64,000 nt of DNA, taken from contig JBBILZ010000001.1 in the NCBI GenBank assembly GCA_037444665.1, positions 1-64,000 on the forward strand, in the 5' to 3' direction. Positions 1-8,135 of this stretch are shown one piece after another. The first letter of the stretch is position 1. Every line of letters begins with the position of its first letter. Position numbers and translations under genes: made by a program. Under the pieces are notes generated by a model. That model did no database searches. It was given only the letters and a program-made list of their open reading frames with translations, and had not been told where the DNA came from. Source of the stretch: a candidate division WOR-3 bacterium (GTDB lineage Bacteria; Hydrothermota; Tepidihabitantia; SM23-42; JAOAFX01).

Positions 1-101
1 AACAGGTTTCAGAATATTTACAAATGGACGAACACACCGTCTATAAACTTGCCCGCAAAGGTCTTATCCCTTCCCTCAAAATCGCTGGTCAGTGGCGGTT
101 T
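1..101 (+). repeat. Left arm of a perfect inverted repeat (partner 2947-3047)
   Basis: 1-101 is the exact reverse complement of 2947-3047; truncated by the window edge. Confidence 0.95.
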
Positions 102-209
102 AAAAAAGATGTAATTGATAAATGGATAAGTGAGCAATCTTTGGAAAGAGTAACACAAAACATAAAGCCTTCTGCAAAGAAGAAAATAAAAAGGATAAAT
201 AACTTATGA
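3..209 (+). CDS. Excisionase/MerR-like (HTH_17) DNA-binding protein; 5' end lies outside the window
   Basis: Frame is open from the window start (QVSEYLQMDEHTVYKLARKGLIPSLKIAGQWRFKKDVIDKW), a typical Xis-like HTH. Its stop overlaps the next ATG (ATGA at 206-209). Confidence 0.85.
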   Translation, partial: QVSEYLQMDEHTVYKLARKGLIPSLKIAGQWRFKKDVIDKWISEQSLERVTQNIKPSAKKKIKRINNL

Positions 210-1039
210 CAACATTTGAAATTGGTTCCACTACAGCTAAGGGTGGTTTTGCAAATGAAAAGGACATTTGTAAGAAGTTTAATAATTGGGAAAAAGATAT
301 TGAAGCACAAATATGGCTTAAAATTATGGGTTATGACATTAAATCTATAGATTCAGTAGAGGCAATTCTAATACCGACTCGCATGAAAAAAGAAGCTGTA
401 GAAAAATTAGGACTGAGAGAAAATTTTGAAGAATTGATGAAATTCAAAAAAGCAGATGCACAGGTAAGAATCATCATTAAAATTGGTAATATTATAAAAA
501 TAGAAAATCTATCATTAAAAAAAGCTAATTCAGATGCAGACTATAATCAAGTAGACAAAAGGTGGGTGGATTCATATAAAGAAATGTGGAAATTCAATGA
601 TGAGATTGCATTTGGTCTGAAATTATTTACTGGCGAAATTAGCCCCCATTCTTGTCATGAGATTACAAAGAATAAAACCTTAAGAGATAAAAGAAGAATG
701 TTCCTTGATGAATTACCAGAGAATTTAAGGAATAAAATAATAGCATTCTTCAAAGAAAATAAAATACTTGTAGTCGCTGATATTTTAAAAGGTAGAGGAG
801 GTTTATCTGCTAATTGGATGCTTGTTACAAGATATAATAAAAACGATGATACAACTACTTGGATACTAAAGGATATAAACACGGTGATGAATTTCTTTGG
901 CTCCGGCGAGGTGAAGATGTCACCAAAAGGTAGTTTATATATTGGAAGAATTACCATGCAAAGGAAAGGTGGAACGCCTGACCCAACAAAATTACAATTC
1001 AAAATAAAGCCGTGTGAATTGTTTGAGGTGAAGCAATGA
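206..1039 (+). CDS. Type II restriction endonuclease, HinP1I family
   Basis: Segments GSxTAKGGFxNEKDI, NQVDKRW, FTGE, DKRRMF, DILKGRG, RITMQRKGG and LQFKIKP match my recollection of R.HinP1I. Confidence 0.85.
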   Translation: MTTFEIGSTTAKGGFANEKDICKKFNNWEKDIEAQIWLKIMGYDIKSIDSVEAILIPTRMKKEAVEKLGLRENFEELMKFKKADAQVRIIIKIGNIIKIENLSLKKANSDADYNQVDKRWVDSYKEMWKFNDEIAFGLKLFTGEISPHSCHEITKNKTLRDKRRMFLDELPENLRNKIIAFFKENKILVVADILKGRGGLSANWMLVTRYNKNDDTTTWILKDINTVMNFFGSGEVKMSPKGSLYIGRITMQRKGGTPDPTKLQFKIKPCELFEVKQ

Positions 1040-2922
1040 ATATGTATTGCTTAGCGAAAATAAAGTTTGATTTAAGAGACCCCGATGAGATTTATTTTGC
1101 ACAAAGGGAGATAGATAGTTTGTTAGGTACGAAAACTGAGTTTATTAAGACATTGGCCTGTCTCTTTAGAGAAAAACCATTTAGTTTACTTGATGAAGAA
1201 GTAATCCATTTGATAAATAGGTTAGTTTATCTTGGAGAAGGGCAAGGTTTTTTAGCGAAAGTTCCACTAATGAATATAGTAAATATTGTTAAAAAGACTA
1301 CATTCTTTCGAGAAATTTATGTGATTTTTGAAACAGAAGATATCAAAGAAACTTTAGGGAAAATTGGACTTTCAGTTGAAAATAAATTGTTAGATAAAGA
1401 CAGAGTAGAGCCTAATTCTTATACAACAATTTTTATAAAGAATAGTGAAAACCATGAAAATAAATTGTTAACAATCAGATTCTTACCATTTCAAACTCTA
1501 TTTGAGTATGCCACCGAGGTAAAAAAGCTTCCTGCTTGCGTTTTCAGACCTAAAAATAGTGAAAATTTGGAAACCTATTTCAAAGAGAAGGAAATTGGAA
1601 TTGAAAAAGGACTGAACGAATTACTTTTACACTTGAAAAATGGACATTATCGATCTCCCCATTTTGGACTTGGTAAAAATCATATCGGTGATTTTGTAGA
1701 TTGGGCATCCACAGATCTTCGGAAACCATTTCTACATTACCTTCATAAATATAAAGGGAAAGGCGACCCAAGAATATCAAGAGCTTTGATAAATCTTCTA
1801 AGAGTTAAAGAAGGTGATACAATTCTTGATCTCTTTGTGGGCTCAGGGGCCTTTATTGCTGATGCTCCTACCATGGGAATAAACGCTATCGGTATAGAAG
1901 TATTAAATATTGGCAAAATGATTGCTGAAGTAAAATGTAATCTCGCAATAGATATTAATAAATTAAGAGAGGCAATAATTAAATTATTTGAATCAATTGA
2001 TGGTGGTCTTCCCGAGGGTGATATTAAAACTAAATCAATTCTCTTAAAGGAAAAGATAAGAAAAAATACTTTAAATAACGCGGCATTTAAGAAAATAGAA
2101 CCTCATCTTGAGAAGGTATTATTGCTAAAAGAAAAAATAGAAAGTTTTGAAGATAATGAAATAAGACAATTCCTTTTAGTTCTTTTAAGTCAACAGGTAG
2201 TTGAGTATTCAGAAAAAAGTCGAGCATGGGATATAGTTGGTTCATTTAAATCCTATATAGAGGATAGGTACCTAGTATTGTATGCAACCCAGAAATTGGC
2301 TGAGATTTTAGGTGTAAACCTTATCAAAGGAAAAATAAAAATCATTAAAGGAGATTCAACTAATATGTCTATGATAAAAAACGAAACGATTGACGGAATA
2401 CTAACTTCGCCTCCTTATTTTGATGCATTAGATTATATAGGTAACAATAAGATTTCTATATTGATTTTAGGGTTAGAAGAAGACCTAAAGTGGGAATCAA
2501 CAAAAAACTTTTATGAGGCAAAGCATAGAGACGGAAACAAGTATGAAACTATGCCTCTTTTTGTAAGTGACAAATATTTCTCTATTCCCTTGCCAGATTC
2601 AAGTTTAAAACTCATAGAGCTATTGCGAAAGTTTCGTAGAACTTATAAAGCCGAAATCGTCCAAAATTATCTTAAAATGATGAAACTTTCGTTTGAGGAA
2701 TGTTATAGGGTCCTTAAGAAAGGTAAATATTATCTAATGGTTGTTAGTAAATGTCATTCTTGGATAATAAATGGGAAAGAAGAAGTAATCGAAACATCCC
2801 CAATACTGGGAGATTTAGGTAAGTCAGTTGGATTTAAATTAGTTGATGTAATCGAGCATGGCTTATCAAAGGCAGACAAAGGGAAAATAGGTATTGAAGA
2901 TATACTTGTTTTTCAAAAGTGA
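1036..2922 (+). CDS. Amino (probably N4-cytosine) DNA methyltransferase, alpha motif order, with long N-terminal extension
   Basis: HKYKGK (motif X), DLFVGSG (motif I), then TSPPY (motif IV) and RVLKKGK; ATGA-coupled to the endonuclease. Confidence 0.85.
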   Translation: MNMYCLAKIKFDLRDPDEIYFAQREIDSLLGTKTEFIKTLACLFREKPFSLLDEEVIHLINRLVYLGEGQGFLAKVPLMNIVNIVKKTTFFREIYVIFETEDIKETLGKIGLSVENKLLDKDRVEPNSYTTIFIKNSENHENKLLTIRFLPFQTLFEYATEVKKLPACVFRPKNSENLETYFKEKEIGIEKGLNELLLHLKNGHYRSPHFGLGKNHIGDFVDWASTDLRKPFLHYLHKYKGKGDPRISRALINLLRVKEGDTILDLFVGSGAFIADAPTMGINAIGIEVLNIGKMIAEVKCNLAIDINKLREAIIKLFESIDGGLPEGDIKTKSILLKEKIRKNTLNNAAFKKIEPHLEKVLLLKEKIESFEDNEIRQFLLVLLSQQVVEYSEKSRAWDIVGSFKSYIEDRYLVLYATQKLAEILGVNLIKGKIKIIKGDSTNMSMIKNETIDGILTSPPYFDALDYIGNNKISILILGLEEDLKWESTKNFYEAKHRDGNKYETMPLFVSDKYFSIPLPDSSLKLIELLRKFRRTYKAEIVQNYLKMMKLSFEECYRVLKKGKYYLMVVSKCHSWIINGKEEVIETSPILGDLGKSVGFKLVDVIEHGLSKADKGKIGIEDILVFQK

Positions 2923-2925
2923 TAA

Positions 2926-3075
2926 TTATTTAGTTGGATGAAATAGAAACCGCCACTGACCAGCGATTTTGAGGGAAGGGATAAGACCTTTGCGGGCAAG
3001 TTTATAGACGGTGTGTTCGTCCATTTGTAAATATTCTGAAACCTGTTTGACCGTCATTATTTCATTTTCGTTCAT
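2926..3075 (-). pseudogene. 3'-truncated inverted copy of the HTH gene
   Basis: MNENEIMTVKQVSEYL...GQWRF is identical to the + copy over the shared part, then diverges (LFHPTK*) at the repeat boundary. Confidence 0.8.
2947..3047 (-). repeat. Right arm of the inverted repeat
   Basis: Exact reverse complement of 1-101. Confidence 0.95.
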
Positions 3076-3123
3076 AGAGGCAATCCTTTTCTTAAAAAAC
3101 AATTTTTCATAAAATCTGGTTAA

Positions 3124-3152
3124 ATTATACAAAAGAATACAATGGTTGTCAA
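3124..3152 (-). promoter_or_regulatory. Consensus sigma-70 promoter TTGACA-N17-TATAAT pointing into the inverted repeat and RM module
   Basis: Reverse complement reads ttgaca accattgtattcttttg tataat. Confidence 0.8.
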
Positions 3153-3238
3153 GGGAAATTTTGATAAGAATAAAATCCTTATAGGGTGGTGGGTGGGAAT
3201 AGATAACAAACTCTGCCAATGAAATTGGAAGAGGGAAA

Positions 3239-3261
3239 CTGCCACGCTGAAAGTGTGGCAG
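3239..3261. repeat. REP-like hairpin
   Basis: ctgccacg-ctgaaag-tgtggcag palindrome. Confidence 0.5.
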
Positions 3262-3446
3262 GAAGTAAAGGGAGCAGTGCGAGGACGCAAGTTGTGTCCG
3301 AGCCTGCGACCATTACCTTATCGGGTTTGTATTGGGTGATAGATTTCATTTTTGAATTTCAAGGTTATGGTTTGAAAGTTGTCTAATAACGGGAGTTAAT
3401 TAAAAATTCGCCGGATGATTATCGTGTGATAGAATCATTTTCACCC

Positions 3447-3474
3447 TTGCATTCACAAAAATTTTTGATATAAT
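3447..3474 (+). promoter_or_regulatory. Sigma-70-like promoter TTGCAT-N16-TATAAT
   Basis: Hexamers upstream of the 3498 ORF. Confidence 0.55.
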
Positions 3475-3497
3475 ATATTAATAGCAATAAGATAATT

Positions 3498-5489
3498 ATG
3501 GTGAAGAATTCCTCAGAATATACAAAATACATAAATGGAGTATTGCGAATTATTAACATAAATATAAAACTTGCATCTTATATCTTTTTACCCCTGATAA
3601 TTTTTGCGATGGAAATGCATTTCCCGCTTTCATATGTACGATTTATAGGTGAAACTGCTGAGATAGACCAAACCAGCTGCTCGTATCTTGATTCCTTAGC
3701 ACTATTTTTAGAAAAAACAAATGCCAAAATAGAAATCGGCGGTCATACAGATAATGTGGGCACCCCTGCTGAAAAGCAAAAATTCTCCGAGGCTCGGGCA
3801 AAAGCAGTTTACGATTACCTGATATTAAAGCATAAAGTGCCTGAAGTGAATTTATCTTATAAAGGATACGGTTCCACTTTGCCCGTTGCCACAAATAGAA
3901 CTGCCGAAGGTCGGGCAAAAAACAATAGGATAGAAATTAAGGTGCACTCTATTAGCAGCACGGCAAAAATAAAATTTGTAAAAGGAAAAGTTTATATCAG
4001 CAAATCAGGCATTTCTGAACCGAAGGAGATAAGTGAATCAAACACAATAACTCTTTTTGATAAAATTTCGACGGATTCCACTGGCCGAGCACAATTACAG
4101 TTTATTGACGGAATTTATAACATCTACCCCAACACAGAAGTTATTGTGCAAGATATCAGTGTGCCACAACAGAAATGTAATTTGTATCTGCGTGCCGGAA
4201 AATTAGCCATTAGTGTGTCAAATGAAAGTCTACTGGTTACAACAACAAATTGTTCACTTTCTACCTCCCAGGCTGATTTTGTGTTATATTCACAGCCATA
4301 TTATCAGGATGTAATCTCGGTATGGACAGATTCACTAACTATTTCGACAAAAGGGTATTCTAAAACTATAAAAAATGGTTATGGGTTGGTCTGTTTATAT
4401 GATAATGCGCGGTGGCAAGAAAGTCCCCTTCCAGAATCACCATCACTTGACACTACATTTCAGAATTATTCCTTTGTTTATGATGAGAAGAACCCAAATC
4501 CCTTTAAATTATTTTACAAAAAAAATACGGATATAAATGCTCACATATTAGTCAGTAAAGACTCAGAATTTATTGAGCAAATATTTGAAACAGTATCTGA
4601 TTTAGATTCTTGCGTTTTTGGACCGTTTGATGTCTCGCATATATATGTTTCTTTAAATTCCGTGACTATACAAGGATTTGAATCAAAACCAATAAGCTAC
4701 AGTTTTGATGTGATAAATGCCAAAAAGAAATTTGTACTCCCGAAACTTGAGATTAAACATCAAGCTATAGAAAGAAATGAATCCGGGATTGTCGTTTTAC
4801 TTAAAGGAACAACCGACCCAGAGTGTGAACTACTGATAAATAATGTAAAAATAAAAACTGAAAAGGATGGCAGTTTTGCGTTTCGTGCCACCTTGAAAAC
4901 AAAAGCGAAGTCAATCAACTTGACTGCCATTGATAAAAAAGGAAATAAAAATACTGTCTTTATTTATTTGGGAATTCAGAATAAATTATTACTAAAATTA
5001 GCAGGCGGAGCCACAATGCTTGCTGGTGGTGGCCTCAATGCTTCAAAAATTGGATACATTACTTCTGGAAATTTACTTTATTATTTCAAAAATAAGATTG
5101 CAATTGGTCCATTTGGGTATTTTGCGAATATTGGATGCAAGACCACTGATTGGGAGCCAGATGGTTCTCATTATAAAACCACTGTTTATTCTATCGGTAT
5201 ACGGGTAAATTATTATTTAAATCCTTTTTCAAAATTGCCTATATATTTAAGTAGCGAGATTGGTGCAGGATATTGGAAATCATTATATAACAACACCGTA
5301 TACAACTGGGCAATCAATCCCTTGGTGGGTGCAAGTCTCGGTATAGATAAAAACTTGGGGCAGCGATTATCTTTATGGGGAGAATGCGGCTTAGACTACC
5401 TGCGTAACAAAACAAAACCCAATATGGGCACGCAGGACATTAATTATATAATCCCCAAAGGTTTAATCGGATTCGTCATCAAAATTTAA
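3498..5489 (+). CDS. OmpA-family peptidoglycan-binding protein with FecR-like, Ig-like and C-terminal beta-barrel regions
   Basis: GHTDNVG...SEARAKAV...GYG...NNRIEI (OmpA_C); DKISTDSTGRAQLQF (FecR-like); amphipathic beta strands at the C-terminus. True start may be downstream. Confidence 0.75.
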   Translation: MVKNSSEYTKYINGVLRIININIKLASYIFLPLIIFAMEMHFPLSYVRFIGETAEIDQTSCSYLDSLALFLEKTNAKIEIGGHTDNVGTPAEKQKFSEARAKAVYDYLILKHKVPEVNLSYKGYGSTLPVATNRTAEGRAKNNRIEIKVHSISSTAKIKFVKGKVYISKSGISEPKEISESNTITLFDKISTDSTGRAQLQFIDGIYNIYPNTEVIVQDISVPQQKCNLYLRAGKLAISVSNESLLVTTTNCSLSTSQADFVLYSQPYYQDVISVWTDSLTISTKGYSKTIKNGYGLVCLYDNARWQESPLPESPSLDTTFQNYSFVYDEKNPNPFKLFYKKNTDINAHILVSKDSEFIEQIFETVSDLDSCVFGPFDVSHIYVSLNSVTIQGFESKPISYSFDVINAKKKFVLPKLEIKHQAIERNESGIVVLLKGTTDPECELLINNVKIKTEKDGSFAFRATLKTKAKSINLTAIDKKGNKNTVFIYLGIQNKLLLKLAGGATMLAGGGLNASKIGYITSGNLLYYFKNKIAIGPFGYFANIGCKTTDWEPDGSHYKTTVYSIGIRVNYYLNPFSKLPIYLSSEIGAGYWKSLYNNTVYNWAINPLVGASLGIDKNLGQRLSLWGECGLDYLRNKTKPNMGTQDINYIIPKGLIGFVIKI

Positions 5490-5514
5490 AGTTAACAATA
5501 ACTGAAAACATTGT

Positions 5515-7422
5515 TCAGAGTCTTCTTTGCCTCGTAGTTATCCATAAAAAGAACCCTAAAACAAAAAACAAAATCAATGAACCTATATTCGCCAGATTAC
5601 CAAGCCACGCACCAGTTGGTAATGCGTCATAAAATTTACCGAGAACAGGGATACTGATTAAAAATGCAATCAAAACACCAATCAGCGCATCACCAGCAAC
5701 CAGACCAGAAGAGAACAAAATTCCTTTTTCCTCACGCAATTTTAAGATTTCACCGGTGGATGTCTTCTGCACCAAATAATAAACGAGTGCTCCTGTCATT
5801 ATGGGTAAAGAAAGAGAAAGCGGTAGATAAAGACCAATAGCAAATGGCAGAGCCGATATTCCAAGTAATTCAACAACCACTGCTATCATTGCGCCGAGTG
5901 CTACAAACATCCAGGGAAGACTCTGGGTGAAGACTCCTTTAACGACAAATGACATCAGGGTAGCCTGGGGTGCAGGTAATTTATCAGAACCGATAACCAT
6001 TGTTTTGTGAAGTAGCATTAATACTCCACCCATAAATAATGCGGGAACAATCACCCCAATAAATTCTGCAATCTGTTGATGATAGGGTGTGGAGCCAATC
6101 AGAAAACCTGTTTTCAAATCCTGTGATGCATCACCTGCCATACATATGGCAATACATACCACACTGCCCACAGACATTGCGGCAATCATTCCTGGTACAC
6201 CATAATGTCTTAATGCCACAAATATCAAACAGGTAATGAGCAATGTGGCAATGGTCATTCCTGAAACCGGGCTGGAAGAACTACCCACAATACCCACAAT
6301 TCTTGAAGCAACCGTGACAAAAAAGAAACTGAAAAAAACAACAATCAACATTCCCATAATTCCGATATGAGTTTGTGGAATTAATAGCATCAAAATTGCA
6401 ATAAGAACCGCACCACCGATAACGACACTCATTGGAATATCCTGGTCAGTCCTGGGACTATTCTTATCAGGCAAAAATTTAAAACCTTTAAACATTTCCT
6501 GAAAACCAAGTTTGAAACAGCGAAAGACAATGGGGCAGGCACGCAACAAACTTAAAAGTCCGCCCACTGCTACTGCACCCGCTCCGATGTATCGGATGTA
6601 ATAACTCCTTATTTCTCCTGGTGATAACATTGAAATAAGATTTTCTGCGGGTGGAATGGGCACATTGAGATTTGTGCCGATAAATGCAATAAGGGGACTG
6701 ATTACAAGATATCCTAACACTGCACCAGCAAGCATATATGAAGCAATTTTAGGACCGATGATAAAACCCACGCCTAACAATGCTGGAGTCAGGTCAAAAC
6801 CAATCTCAATGCCCTTTACACCTTTAACAAGCCAGGTCCCGGTCTCTTTCCAGAGTTTGAGTCCGCTCATTAAAAATTTGTATATTGCACCCAATCCCAC
6901 ACCAGTAAAAACCAATTTCGCCTTTTCACCACCTTTATCACCCGCCTTTAATATCTCAGCGCAGGCAGTTCCTTCAGGATAAGGAAGAATTTTATGTTCT
7001 TGAACAATGAGATAGCGCCGCAGAGGAATCATAAATAAAATCCCCAAAAATCCGCCAAGAAATGAGATTAATATTATGGTCCAGGAACTGGGAAAATATT
7101 CCCACATAAAGAATGCCGGGATTGTGAATATAATACCTGCAGCAAGGGATTCACCTGAAGAACCAATGGTTTGAACTATATTGTTTTCTAAGATTGTGCC
7201 TTTTTTAAACACGCCCCTGAGTATTGCCATTGAGATAACTGCAGCAGGGATTGACGCAGAAACAGTCATCCCCACCTTTAACCCGAGATAGGCATTTGCC
7301 AGACCAAAAACAATTGCAAGAATAGAACCGAGCACCACTGCCCGCACAGTGAATTCACTTACTTTTTCTTCAGGTTTTATATATGGTGTGAAATCAGCGT
7401 TCAGATTTTTTTTATCTCTCAT
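5515..7422 (-). CDS. Oligopeptide transporter, OPT family
   Basis: YLGLKVGMTVSASIPAAVIS, ENNIVQT, YPEG, DLKTG, APQA motifs; many TM helices. Confidence 0.95.
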   Translation of the reverse strand: MRDKKNLNADFTPYIKPEEKVSEFTVRAVVLGSILAIVFGLANAYLGLKVGMTVSASIPAAVISMAILRGVFKKGTILENNIVQTIGSSGESLAAGIIFTIPAFFMWEYFPSSWTIILISFLGGFLGILFMIPLRRYLIVQEHKILPYPEGTACAEILKAGDKGGEKAKLVFTGVGLGAIYKFLMSGLKLWKETGTWLVKGVKGIEIGFDLTPALLGVGFIIGPKIASYMLAGAVLGYLVISPLIAFIGTNLNVPIPPAENLISMLSPGEIRSYYIRYIGAGAVAVGGLLSLLRACPIVFRCFKLGFQEMFKGFKFLPDKNSPRTDQDIPMSVVIGGAVLIAILMLLIPQTHIGIMGMLIVVFFSFFFVTVASRIVGIVGSSSSPVSGMTIATLLITCLIFVALRHYGVPGMIAAMSVGSVVCIAICMAGDASQDLKTGFLIGSTPYHQQIAEFIGVIVPALFMGGVLMLLHKTMVIGSDKLPAPQATLMSFVVKGVFTQSLPWMFVALGAMIAVVVELLGISALPFAIGLYLPLSLSLPIMTGALVYYLVQKTSTGEILKLREEKGILFSSGLVAGDALIGVLIAFLISIPVLGKFYDALPTGAWLGNLANIGSLILFFVLGFFLWITTRQRRL

Positions 7423-7521
7423 CTCTTCTCCTTATTAAGAATTAATTTTTAATTTTACAAAATTTATTATAATTGTAAACTATAGTCAAAAACTTCTATT
7501 TTTCAAGATACTATATTATTA

Positions 7522-7680
7522 AGCCTCTCCACTTTTCTGATTTATCGTCTGCCTTTTCTAAATTTGTATATGGTCGTTGGGCATTTTAATTTTATAGAGG
7601 TTGCCCCTATAAAAAATATAAAGCCTCATAAATGAGGCAACTACTAAAATATTAAAAAAAGAGTAAAAATGGAGAGGGCT
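7522..7680. mobile_element. MITE/REP-like remnant
   Basis: Imperfect terminal inverted repeats (agcctctccactttt ... aaaaatggagagggct) enclosing a GTAG-type REP hairpin gcctcataaatgaggcaactac. Confidence 0.45.
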
Positions 7681-7695
7681 CGGACTATTATCCTA

Positions 7696-7723
7696 TTGAC
7701 ATTCAGGATAATTCAGTTATGCT
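7696..7723 (+). promoter_or_regulatory. Promoter TTGACA-N16-TATGCT
   Basis: Hexamers upstream of the ATG at 7741. Confidence 0.6.
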
Positions 7724-7740
7724 TATAAAAAGGGGAAGAA

Positions 7741-8086
7741 ATGAATGATTTGATTGCGTATTGTGGAATTGATTGTGCTTGTTTGCCCGGCGTATATTGC
7801 GAAGAAAAATAACGATGACGCATTAAGACAGAAGACTGCTCAGGAATGGTCAAAAATGTTTAATGTTGAAATCAAACCTGAAGAAGTAAATTGCGATGGT
7901 TGCACAGTCACAGGCAAACATATTAACTACTGTGAAAATTTTTGCGAAATGAGGAAATGTGCCGTGTCAAAAAAAGTAGCTAACTGCGCCTATTGTGAAG
8001 ATTATCCCTGTGAAACCCTTGATAGTTTTTTAAAACAGGTGCCTGAAGCAAAAGAGAGGCTTGATAACATAGCAAAGAATAAATAA
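7741..8086 (+). pseudogene. DUF3795-like Cys-rich protein with a 1-nt frameshift near 7780
   Basis: ATG 7741 gives MNDLIAYCGIDCA; one extra T, then VCPAYIA...CDGC...CEMRKC...NCAYCEDYPC in the next frame. Confidence 0.75.
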
Positions 8087-8135
8087 TATAGTATTTATAG
8101 AATCAATTTTTTATAATAAATAACTGGAGGAGATT

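Noticed and set aside
1..3200. Prophage or integrative element inferred from the excisionase-like HTH
   Set aside because: No integrase, att site or phage genes in the window; HTH_17 proteins are often stand-alone regulators. Sequence left of the window is unknown.
3230..3330. tRNA or riboswitch in GC-richer intergenic patches (also 22540-22660)
   Set aside because: No cloverleaf, T-loop or riboswitch consensus that I can recognise; better explained as REP-like hairpins.
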